A DNA stretch of 64,000 nt from Asterias rubens (Eukaryota): positions 1-64,000 of the forward strand of contig NW_022985740.1 in the NCBI RefSeq assembly GCF_902459465.1, given 5' to 3'. The position numbers and the translations under genes were made by a program. The notes under the pieces are model-generated. The model saw nothing but the letters and a program-made list of their open reading frames with translations, was not told where the DNA came from and did not search any database. Position 1 is the stretch's first letter. Each line of letters starts with the position of its first letter. This document shows positions 35,872-47,822 of this stretch, one piece after another.

Positions 35872-38170
35872 TTAAGTGGTAAATGTGGATTGAAGTAGTT
35901 TTTAGCTTTAAATATAGATATAGAGCTTGTAAGTGCTTAGCACACAAAACAAATTGTGTTTCCATCCAAAAGCCTCAAAAATATGCATGGTACCTGGGTC
36001 AACTTTTTTCCATTCAGTCACATGCAAGTTAAAATTTCAGCCAGCTAATTGTTTGATTGTTTTGGGGGTTTTACTAAGAAGCATTTGTGTGTTTGATTGT
36101 TTTTCAGTTGATTGCTCAACTGTTTTTGGGGTTTTCGAAGCATTTTATTGTTTTATACAAAATGTTTAAAGGCAAAGTATACTTTGCTATTAAATATTTT
36201 GTAACAATAACATCAAAGTCTTATATAGCGCACGTACCAACCAAACAAGGTACTCAAGGCGCTGAGTATATACAAACTTTCAGAAAGATAGGTTATTGCA
36301 GTGATGAATAGCAATATCAAATCATTCCTGTACATTAGTTGAAAGAACTTGATTCATTACTGTTAGCTTAAGTTACAAACACTGCTTGTATGTAAGTAAA
36401 TACATGTATTAACGCTTTATTTGGAATAAACAAAGAATTTTGTAAGAATGTGTAAAAAAGAATGCATCATGTACAATAAAAATAAAAGCTGATCAAAGAA
36501 TTAATACATTGCAGCTGTTACAATTTTGTGACAATTGTGCCATTCCATCTTGTTCACCAAAAGTGTATATGCATATATATTAAAACAATATTCATAAATA
36601 CCAAGGATCCATTCTGTATGGTCGAGAGGAGATCACATGGGCATGTTTAAATGTGTGAAATAAACATTGTGAGAAGTGTTTCAACATAATGCGTGGCATG
36701 CAAGAATTTACAGGTGCTTATACTATGCTTCATGCCATCAATACAGACTGGTACTCTGTACTTGGTAAGCATCGAGTATCACATTTAATTTGACCAATTT
36801 CAAAGTGGTGCCCAAGGATGCGACAGAAAATGAAATTGTACAGTTTTTTTTTTTTGGGGGGGGGAGGGGGGGATTTTCTATCATTACCACACTTTTTAAT
36901 AAAAAGAACAATTATGAATGGAAATAAAAAGTGGTGCCACAGTACTTACTAGCCGTTTAAGAACCTGCAGGCTCATGGCTAGGGATAAAGGAACTTGCCT
37001 TCAACTTGGTCCGTTATGAAATGGCTATGACCCTGTTGTTTTAAATGGTTTGAACCCCACTCTTTTATTACCATATTAAACAAAAATAAGATCAAATGGG
37101 AACTGTTTTGCAACCCTAGGTGGCAGCAGACTTACCAGGTGAATCCATTGTTCTAGACAAATATATAAGCATGCTCAAAACAACATAAACAATGGAAGTT
37201 TACCCAGTAAATCCGCTGCCCTCTACCATCTCAAATTAACATTCAGCCTATCACAGAATTCTTTTTCAATTATACTAAAATTCAAAACGGCTATTGAGGA
37301 TGGCCTCAAAACTGTTAAAATCATTTATTAATTGCTGTGAACTACTTGTAAATGAATGTGCAGTACCCGGTAGGCCTTCTCCTAGTACTTTTCAAACATT
37401 ACACAGAACAGTGAACTTGAAAGTGCTAACTTTACTGCTGGACAAAAACTTTGACAACAAAGTGAAAAATATGTTTGGTAACGGACAGTTACCCTACTGT
37501 GGCCTACTTCAAAACCATAAGCCCTTTTGAGGTATGGCGGAAGTGGTTTGGTTTGTGTGTAGCGCGCGCGTCACCCGCGGCGACTGATGCCACGCTCACC
37601 ATGTTGGTGGGCAATAGGTTTACGTTCTATTTCTATGGTCAATAGACCAATCCAGGCACGCACCGGGCGCGCAAGTGTTGAGCACCAGTTCAACTTTTGT
37701 TGTTGTTGCTGGATTAAAAACATTGACAACAAAGTGAAAAATGTGTTTACTTCGAAACCATAGCTTGGCTTCAGCTACCACGTAGGATCACTCAGTTATT
37801 TTGAAAACATGCCATTCCAGTATGGGACTTCAACTAGAGCACTGCAGCCAGAGCCAAAGCCATAGGTTTATATTATATTAAAAGCCATTGACTCCCAAAA
37901 TGGTGCATCAAGATTATTTTGATGAAAACATCAGTTGAATGGGGTCAATGCGTATGCCACCCTTGGCTAGAGGTAAAAAAGAAGGCTGCTCCTTCGCCTA
38001 TTCTGTGTGCCACAAGTAAATAGATGTGCCTCACATTGTTTCATTATTGTTTTAGTTCTATAAGATGGCGACATGATGACTTCATTCCATAACGGTTTAC
38101 TTAGCTGTTTTTGAAACCCTTAGGTTTATGTATGTTGTACTGCACAGCAACAATAAATTAAAGGAGTTAA

Positions 38171-38537
38171 AGTCATTGGACACTTTCGGTACAGAAAAAA
38201 AAATTAAAAGTTCACAGATTTACAAATAACTAACACGGTTTACAGAAGGTAATGGTGAAAGACTTCTCTTGAAATATTATTCCATGAAATGCTTTACTTT
38301 TTGAGAAAACATTAAAACAATATCAATTCTCGATATCGAGAATTACAGATTTATTTTAAACACATGTCATGACACGGGGAAATGTGCGGAAACAAGGGTG
38401 GGTTTTCCCGTTATTTTCTCCCGACTCCGATGACCGATTGAGCCTAAATTTTCACAGGTTTTTTATTTCATATAGAAGTTGTGATACACGAAGTGTGGGC
38501 CTTGGACAATACTGTTTACCGAAAGTGTCCAATGGCT
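38171..38537. mobile_element. MITE family B
   Basis: TIR AG(T/C)CATTGGACACTTTCGGTA, TTAA flanks. Confidence 0.85.
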
Positions 38538-39429
38538 TTAAACAGAACTTTGGGAGTATTCTTGTTCTTGATTATTTTATTCTTATATTGTGCAATTCAG
38601 TTTCTCATCTGCAACACTGATGTTTTTCAATAATTTGAATAAAATTGAAAACGAAAGGTCATGAACTGATCTTTTGCATATGAATCCTTTACGCAACGTT
38701 GATCAAACACTTGGGAACCCTTTCATTTCACATCTGGGAAAAACCCCTCACATTGCAATCTACATTATGTTGATCAATACATCCCGACACCATTATCCTT
38801 ACCAAATGAACAGAGTATTATTCACACTTGACAAAACATTTTTGTCTGTGCAAGGTGGTGGTAATAGGTAAGATCAAGGTCTAATTTTTGCAGCAATGCA
38901 TGATAGTGTTTAATCTAGACGGAGACAGAACATATCACAGTGATAACCGGACAGAGCTGATGTAGGATCCCTTTGTGGATTTACTCCAAAGAACTACCGT
39001 TAGTGGTTATTTTAAAGGGTGAGTTTCACTGTAATCTAAAATTGATTATGACTAACAACTTGTCTCTAGTCCCACCAAGTTACCTATCTTTCAAAAATGT
39101 TTTTCATACAAACTATTAACATAATCCTTCATGTTAACATTTTAAGCAAGATGCAGTGCCTAATACGCAATAATTTTGTGTTTTTACGACAGTGATACAG
39201 TACGGTTCGAAACTCGCATGTTTTTGCCTTTTGCGTTTTCATGAAGTGACTTATCTGTCAGATATAATGAAGTGTAGCGTTTCCATGAAGTGCAAGTGAC
39301 TGTCTTACTACCTAAGTGCATTACCGTCTCTCAATTTAAAAAGTCTTGGAGAAAAAAGGAAAAAAAAAACGTTAATTAAGTGATTATTTATCTTCTTTTT
39401 GTCTCGATCTTTGGTTCTTAGATATAAAC

Positions 39430-42400
39430 ATGGATGTTCAGCGAGGACATTGCTGGCGCTGTGAAGTTTCACTGGAACAGACCATTCACTGTCCTGATTG
39501 CAAGATGGCGGAGTATTGTAGCTCAACATGTGAACACAGAGACAGAGTTAGACATAGGAGTAGAGAGTGCCCGTTATTTAGAACAAGATCATGCAACAAA
39601 TGCAAAAATAAGGGTACAATGAAAGAGGTATATCTGCTTTTATTTCAATCATTATCCCCTATTCATTTTAAAGCCATTATACACTTTCGGTACAGGGGGG
39701 GAAAAAAAGTTTTACAAATAGGGTTTACAGAAGGTAATGGTGAAAGACTTCTCTTGAAATATTGTTTCATAAAATGCTTTACTTTTTGAGAAAACATTAA
39801 AACAATATATATTCTAGATAGCGAGAATTACGAATTTATTATAAACACATGTCATGACACGACGTAACGCGCGAAAACAGAAGTGTGTTTTCCCGTTATT
39901 TTCTCCCAACTCCGATGACTGATTGAGCCTAATTTTTAACAGGTTTGTTATTTTATAAATAAGTTGTGATACACGAAGTGTGGGACTTGGACAATACTGT
40001 ATACCGAAAGTGTATAATGGCTTTAAAAAGAAAATTTACATAATGCTCTGTTGATTTTGTTGCAAAAGAGGGGAATAATTCAAACAAAACTTGGCAAATT
40101 ATTTTCCTCTATTATGTTGCTTAAGGCCCTGTCATTCCTTGACGTAAACAAATTTCTCTAAAACGTTGGCATACGCTGACCTATCGATAGATTTTTCAAT
40201 TTTGAGAGCGTATACAAAGCGTATTCATAACGAGTTCGACGTATGCATACCGTATTAGTAACTTACATAAAACGTTTCCAAAACGAATGCTTAGCGTGTT
40301 GCCGGCGTTCACAACTTATGTCCTACGATAGTGTAACTACTGCATAGCGCGCAACAGCGTATTGCCGACGATCATATGTATTAGCCTACAAAGTGGGTGT
40401 CTCTCTGCTGTGAACCCAGTTTGTATTTACCGATTCACATAAACGCTCCCAATACGCCATAATACGGAAGCTGTAAGTTAGAAACACGTTCAGTAAGTTC
40501 TGTGGTTGTCCGAAATACGTCAAATACGTTCGACATAGGTTAAAAGGACGTTACAGATGGGTTAGAAATACGTTTTAGGTACGCTAGACATTATCTCGAC
40601 GTATGTCAACTTATGATTAACTTACAAGTAACGTGTGTGAACGTGTGGCAACAATCTTATAACTTACCTACAACTTATGCGGAACTTCTGAGCCACACGC
40701 TGGCATATGTCGAAAATTTGTGTGCATGCACAACATTTCTCGACGCATGCCTTACTTCGATGTATATCAGCGTGTTTCAGCTTGCTCTTAACTTATACAA
40801 AACTTACCCATAAATTATTCGACGTACGCCAGCGTAATTGCCTAAATTTTCATACGTCGGCATACGCTGGCTTAAGCGTCAAGGTGTGACAGGGCCTTTA
40901 CTTTAAATTATGTCTATTGCATGCATGGCATGTAAAAGTCGCATCCCCTTAAGCTGATTCCCTGGCTGCCGCTTCCCATGTTGTATCGTAATTTGGGTGT
41001 GATCCCTGGCTACACGGCAGTTAACGGTTGTATGGCTTCTGACTGGCACCCCCGAACAAAGATATTGACAAAATAGGGACACCGCCAACATAGGGCTAGA
41101 TAGCTCAGTTGGTAGAGTGCCGGCACGTTAGTCCGGAGATCGTTGGTTCGAACACACTCTTCAATTCTTTGTTCAACCCCAAAAATCATATTTCATTTTG
41201 CTATTATTATTTTTCAGTGTGCACGTTGCAACTACGCATGGTACTGTAACCAGGAATGTCAAAGAAGTGATTGGGCCAATCATAAGGAGTTATGCAAGAA
41301 GACAAAGGCAACTACAACAACAGCAGCTGATAAACTAACACAAAAACACATTTTTATGCGTACCGATAGACTTGGTGGTGCCCCTTATTATTTTGGAAAC
41401 TGCATTGCTGAAGACTTCTTGCAACTTGCTAACAATGAATGGTCTGATGGGTCAATAAAGAAAACTGACTTGAACAGAGATTATCATATATTGTCAGCTG
41501 GTTGCGGAGACTTACGCAACACTGTCTTGACAGCAGCTTCCCTTCCTGCCAGGTACCAGGGAAGTCTGTACATCACTCTCAATGACTTTGACCCTTTTGT
41601 CATGGCAAGGAATGTCTTGTTTCTCTTTATGTTGGTTCGGTTTGCAGACACTGAGGGAATTGAGAGCAGTCTGACTACCATCTGGTACTCAGTTCACATT
41701 ACAAAGAAAGAGTATGACTTGATCAAGACCAGCTTGGATGAGCTCATTCAGATGACCCCTCAAAGTCTCACAGAGGTCACTCAAGGGTTGGTCAAAGTTC
41801 AAGGTGAAGATCTTGCAGACATGAGTCAAGTTTGGGACAAATGGAGATCACTAGAATGCCAACGAAAGAAACAATCCTCAATAAATCTCAGAAAACAAAG
41901 AAAAACTGTGTTTGATCAATATAATAAAGAAATTGAACAAAACATTGGTAAGGGAAGGGAATTCGTTCACACAAATCAGTTAGAGTCATCCAGTGCTGAA
42001 AAGCAATTTGAAGAATGGTTTGACCATGGGATGTTCCTCCCCAAAGAAGAAAAACAAGAACTAATGTCATTTGATAACCCGACACTAACAGGGCGTGAAG
42101 CTGACATACCTTTTGGTTGTATAACTGAAATTAAATTCTCAATCAATCAAAATATAAGCCCAAAGGATTATACCTTTGTGTACTGCATCAAACAAGATTC
42201 ACATCCCTTCAAAGTGTGGGATTGCTTGAGAGTGAGGGAGTCTGAGACCAGACCCTGCTCATCCCCGATGGTGATTTACCACAACTACATCACAAACCTC
42301 CTCCAGAAATTCAAACATCTCATCCAGCAACAACGGCTTTCTTTCCAAATTTCTCTGGCTAACTGTATGGACTTTCCTTCGATTCATAAGTCTCTTAAAA

Positions 42401-42957
42401 TGTCAAACTATGACAGGATATTCACATCCAATCTCAGTGACTACATCGGCTTTGCCAAGCTCCTGCAAAACTTCAAACCCCTTCTTAACCAAAGTAACCG
42501 CTCCTCAGTAATTGTTACTGAGACGATAAACTGGATTGAATTTTTGCCTAGCGACACATCTGACAATTTTAAACTAAGTGCTGAATCATACTTAAAGGAT
42601 ACAGACAGGAATCCTGCCACCCTTCTTGCAAACCTAACTGACGTAGCACCGACTACCTGGTTAGAGTACTTCGACAATGCCCCTTACTTCATTGCATATC
42701 TGCGTGCACAAATCATGGCAGGGGGTCTTGGGATACCACCATTGACTTATTTGCCATCATTTGGTGAAGTGATGAAGTACAATGGTCTAGAAATGCGTGA
42801 CTTTCGTAAGAAGCTGAATCGTCTTGTTCCATTTCAATATCGAGTCAATGCTCGTGACTTGACCAGAATAACTGCAACTGACAGAGCAGTGGAGTGGTAT
42901 CTGCCACATAATGAGCACTTGGGCCCCGGTCCCACTGGACCCAGCCTTGATCTCTAA
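39430..42957 (+). CDS. Copy 5 (type B): tandem MYND / DUF4470-like protein, 645 aa
   Basis: Exons 39430-39627 and 41218-42957, phase 0, open. The C-terminal GPGPTGPSLDL* is read from an inserted element. Confidence 0.85.
39672..40022. mobile_element. MITE family B variant in copy 5 intron
   Basis: Both TIRs carry the same variant AGCCATTATACACTTTCGGTA; TTAA flanks. Confidence 0.85.
40124..40897. mobile_element. PIF/Harbinger-like non-autonomous element (774 bp)
   Basis: TIR AGGCCCTGTCA(TT/CA)CCTTGACG. Exact TTA TSD at 40121-40123 and 40898-40900. CpG-rich interior. Confidence 0.85.
40952..41187 (+). mobile_element. tRNA-derived SINE-like repeat with 5' leader
   Basis: tRNA-like segment 41093-41164 (loop AC-GTT-AG). 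The leader matches the minus-strand copy at 14335-14478. Ends ~30 nt before the copy-5 acceptor. Confidence 0.75.
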
Positions 42958-44210
42958 AATCGAGAAAAGGGCGATCACGACCCCGCAATTTCGGGAAAGG
43001 GGCGATCAAAGGGAAATAAGCGTAAGTGGGAATGCGAGGGCGATCAGGATCTGACCCTGCAATTTTAATCAACCTCGGGAATAGGATTAAAGCGGGATCT
43101 GATCGCCCTTGTGGGTTAAAAGGGTGATCAACGTCTAGTGGGAACGCAAAGGGGGGATCAGGACCCCGCAATTTGAGATCGAACATCCGGTGGGCTCGAA
43201 TGGCGCAAAAAATTGACACTTGCGTGATTGTTCTCTACCTGTTGACTTCCATGGGGAAGAAACATCACAAATTATTGCCATAGAAAAAACACACGTCGTC
43301 TACGTGCCGAGTACGAAGCTCATCTAAAAGCTATTATTGTCTGACAATTTTAGAGACGTAGTTTGCACAAAACAATCCTCCTTCCCCATACAAACGCGAC
43401 ACACGCACTGTGGGACGGTGGCATCATGCACTAATCGGTACGAAATTGTAACACAAACACTCAATGACGCAGTGTATAAGTGACCAAAAAAAACACATTT
43501 CTCATTCCGATTCTCTGTGAATTTAAAAATAGAACTGCTGCAAACTTCAAACAAAGCATGTTTCTTTGCATGTGCATTATGTAAGCTACTCTACAAGTCA
43601 ACTTGTAAATTTCTTCAACAAAACTATAATTATCCAGTGGCAAAGAAAACATGCCTCATTTTAGTCGGGATCCTGGTAGCGTTTTCTGCAACATGCCATG
43701 TGGAAGCGGAAAAGGTAATCACGTCTTTTTCTTCGTTGCAAAATCGGAAACATGCGGGGAGGGACGGCGCAATTTGATTTTGTTCGTACTAACAACAAAT
43801 GCGGTGGATCAAGCCGTAAAACACAGTACTTATGCAACCTATTTAACTGTCGGTCTTCGGTACATTAAGCACCGTTTTTGGCGCCATCCTTTAACTGATA
43901 TATCGAGTATACTCGATATTGAATTTCCGATATTTTGGGGTTATTATCGACAGACAAAATAATGGTGGCTGACGACGTCCCATGCAGAGCTCGAGCAGGC
44001 TGCGGAAAAGTCGCCATCGATGGGTACTTTGTACATGTACATATGCGAGCTGCACACTTGAATGACTTTTCATTAGTCAACTCCCGTTTCCAAAAGGCGG
44101 ATCAATGCGCGATCATACTCAAGTGGGAATGCAACAGCTATTTCACGTCTGCGACTAATCCTTTTGTGGGATCATGATCTCGCAATTGTGGACCAGTGGG
44201 AACGCAGTCT
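42921..44210. mobile_element. Harbinger-like element inserted at the copy-5 stop codon
   Basis: Imperfect TIRs GGGCCCCGGTCCCACTGG / AGACTGCGTTCCCACTGG and multiple subterminal GGGCGATC repeats. No clean TSD. Confidence 0.6.
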
Positions 44211-44213
44211 GTA

Positions 44214-44215
44214 TC

Positions 44216-44248
<33 letters not shown>

Positions 44249-44300
44249 GCATTTATAAAGTGCCATATATCCAAAAGATTGCTCAAAGGCGCTGAAAGGT
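44214..44300 (-). mobile_element. L2-like 3' tail with (TTA)n microsatellite
   Basis: Minus strand CAGCGCCTTTGAGCAATC...ATATGGCACTTTATAAATGCTG followed by ~10 TTA repeats. Confidence 0.55.
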
Positions 44301-44624
44301 AAAGAGATGCATACAGTTATTAGCAAGAGATGTTTGAGATTAAAGTAGTAAGAGTTGTTGTCTAAAAATTACTTCAAAACTGTGCATTTGTGAACAATAG
44401 CAATAACACAAAATAGTTTTTACAAAAAGAAAAATGTCTATGCTGGAAAACTGCTGATTAAATTTTTTCGGACTAAGCATTTAGATTTTAAATACCAACT
44501 AGGTTGTCGGGCAATTGTGTAATCCACTTTAACTTGAGGTAACTTGAACATTGTTACACTTCTTGCTTATGTATATATTACATAAACTGACAATCATTTC
44601 AAAGATAGATGGCATCACCGTAAA

Positions 44625-44795
44625 GCGCCATCATTTTGTGAAGTGATGAAATACAATGGTCTAGAAACGTGTGACTTTCGTAAGGAGCTGAATTGTCTTG
44701 TCCCATTTCAGTATCGAGTGAATGCTCTTGATTTGAACGTTATAACTGCAACTGATAGAGCAGTGGAGTGGTATCTGCCACATACTGCATGATAG
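44625..44795 (+). pseudogene. Degenerate duplicate of the exon-2 3' end
   Basis: GCCATCATTTTGTGAAGTGATGAAATACAATGG...GAGTGGTATCTGCCACATACT. Less decayed than the 21605 and 29608 relics. Confidence 0.85.
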
Positions 44796-45735
44796 CCAAC
44801 ACCAAAAGAAGTTTGACTCAAATTTAATATAGCTTAATCCAATTATTCACTGTAAAGAATCACACTACCCAACATTTGTTTGACTATTTAATGAGGATTA
44901 AAGTGGTAAGTGTGTATGTACTCTAAAGTTTTTAGCATTATTAATAATACGAAACTTGCAAGCACCTTCTACACAAACAAAAGTTGTATTTTCCTTTAAA
45001 AATGCCGCATAAATACAAGTAAGTTTTTTGCTTTCAAATGTAAATAACCATACAATTAAATACACAAGTATTGGTAAAGAGATCGTAAGTTAACCAAGTA
45101 AATTGATGTATAGCACCTGGGTCAACTTTTGTTCATTCAGTCAAAAAGTTGCATAACTTGTAGGAAGGTTATGAAGAGTGCATTCTACTTGTGTCATTTT
45201 AACTTGGAGTATAGAGCGATCAAACACACCCCTTTAAACATTAGAGACCTAAATTGCTTGTATGACTCAGCGACCAGTAAAAAAAAAACACTCTAATATA
45301 ATTGTAGCTTTAATAACAATCTGATCAAAGCCAGATTTTAAGTTATAGTATTTAGACTGTAGGAACATTTTCAGTTACAAAGCAGGGTCTAATCTCTGTG
45401 GACAAACAATGTGTAGAAATGAAACTTTATGAAGAAGTTGCTGGCTTTTGTAGCCTACAATGTTTATGCAAATAAATATGCATTGCATGCTTTAGTAATT
45501 AATAGATGCATTTTGTGGTGAAGGGTCAAGTACAGTAACTAATTTTGACTGTCTGTCAGATATTTTATGCTTTATTATCCAAACTGCTTGTTAATATTTG
45601 ATGGTGATGGGCTATTATTAATGTTGGAACTAAGAGAGTTATTGTAATTAATTTTATTTATTTTTTTTTGTTTCAATGATGATTATAATTATAACCTTAT
45701 TAGCACTTTTTATAAAATCAATAAAAAGCGCTTAA

Positions 45736-46115
45736 AGGCAGTGGACACTATTGGTAATTGTCAAAGGCTAGCCTTCACAGTTGGTGTATCTCAACATATG
45801 CATAAAATAACTAACCTGTGAAAATTTGAGCTCAATCGGTCATCGAAGTTGCGAGATAATAATGAAAGAAAAAAATTACCACTGTCACACGAAGTTGTGT
45901 GCGTTTAGATGGTTGATTTCGAGACCTCAAGTTCAAAATCTGAGGTCTCGAAATCAAATTCTTTGAAAATTACTTCTTTCTCGAAAACTATGGCACTTCA
46001 GAGGGAGCCGTTTCTCACATTGTTTTATACCATCAACCTCTCCCCATTACTCGTTACCAAGTAAAGTTTTATGCCAATAATTATTTTGAGTAATTACCAA
46101 TAGTGTCCACTGCCT
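45736..46115. mobile_element. MITE family A
   Basis: Same site as the copy at 22742. Confidence 0.9.
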
Positions 46116-47537
46116 TTAAGAAATACAAACGCAACCAAACAAAAGGGGTACAAAAACTACCCGTTTTTACAAACAATAACAATGCAATGTGTTTGAATTA
46201 CAATCTGATAAAAGCAATCTTAAGACTGAAACTGTTTGTGTGCAAAGACGGTCTTACTTATTAACCACAATTATTGTCTACTTTTTAGTTGCAGTGAAAT
46301 AGGAACAGTTAAACTAAAGGCTTGTTATTGTGAGCTTTGAACAGGACCCCCAAGTGTATGAATTGAAATCTTCCCCAAACCAATGGTGTAAAATATGTTG
46401 TTGTTATTGTAGTAAACCGGATTCATCAGTCAATTACATGTCAATACTTGATCAAAGTTACTTTACTTCCTCATTTAGGAAGAAGTTACATGCATGCTAG
46501 ATAGAGCTAAAGTTTGAACTATGCGCAGAAACAATTTTTCCCCTGAAAATTGTATACTAAAAAGGCGTTCAAAGATTGATAAAGATGAAATGAAAAACTG
46601 CTGAGTTTAAGAGAATAAAATATCAAGGTCTTTGGCAAATATATTTCAGTTTCCTTGGTTGTTCATTCAGGCTCAACTTTGTTAAGCCCTCCCATAAAAA
46701 ATACTCTACACGATTTTTTGAATAATAAAAAGCTAATAATATAAGCCTAGAATGTTGAATTAGATCTTTTCAAAATTAAATTCAATAGTAACTGAACAAA
46801 ATTTGTATTTTTATAAGAATCTATGAGAATGACAATGAATAGTGCGTTATCAACACCCTAAATATTTGTTCAGCAACATGGTACTTTTTATTATGAGGGT
46901 CATTGTGTTGTTTACATTGCATGAGAAAATGTCAACACTCTAAAGTGTGGTGGCGCTATACAGCCAAGGTCAATGTTACTGTACAACTCTACAATGGGGA
47001 AATACCCAGCACAGTGCAATAACAACCAGGGCTGATACATGGTGCTACATGTCCAAGACTCCTTCTTCCTACATGTATGTACATGTATGGATGTTTTTTT
47101 GTGTGCAATAAACCAACTAGAAGTCGACAACAATGAACTCATGATTATTCATCTGGAGATCTGTATTAACTGACCCCTTTAAAAATATTATACCAGGTGA
47201 GTAGGAAAATTGCAAGTTTTTGTTTAAATCGTTGTTAATGTGTAAAATTTGTATTTCAGTATAAGAAGAGTGTGTGTTTTCTATTTTTTAAATTTTTTTA
47301 TTAAATGAATGCTAAGGTGTTGAATAACTAATAACTTTAATTTTAAACAAAAAACAGTGAACATATATTCAGAATTTGTACTCAGTGCCATTTTTTATAC
47401 AGAATTATAGCGATGCTTGGTTTAGTGATTCCTTATTCTTAAGGCAAGACAGACTTTGAATGTTTTCTTTGAAAAAACAAGTGATACAATGTAGGTAGAA
47501 AACATCTCAAAAGTGTGGTTTAATTTAGCAAAACTAA

Positions 47538-47778
47538 GGCCTGCGCTAAACGTCGCACTTTTGCCGAGCCGAACTTGAATGTTTTCAATTCGATTCGGCA
47601 AGAGCGCGCAGTTGTCACCGCGTCGTGCCACTACCGTGTAGCACGGTAGGGCTTGCCGTGCTACACGGCAGTGCCGAACTTAGGTTTGCGCTAACCGTCG
47701 CTCTTTTGTCGATTTTTTTTCCTAATTTTACAACTGTTTGAGTTCGACACGACAAAAGTGCGACGTTTAGCGCAGGCC
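47538..47778. mobile_element. PIF/Harbinger-like MITE
   Basis: Same site and TIRs as the copy at 24645. Confidence 0.8.
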
Positions 47779-47822
47779 TTAATGTATTACTATTTTTTTT
47801 TCTTTGTTTCTAAGAAATAAAC

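Noticed and set aside
42845-44177. Several 60-124-aa ORFs and a 20-bp perfect palindrome (43900-43919) inside the Harbinger-like element
   Set aside because: No transposase or Myb/SANT motif recognised; treated as non-coding element interior.
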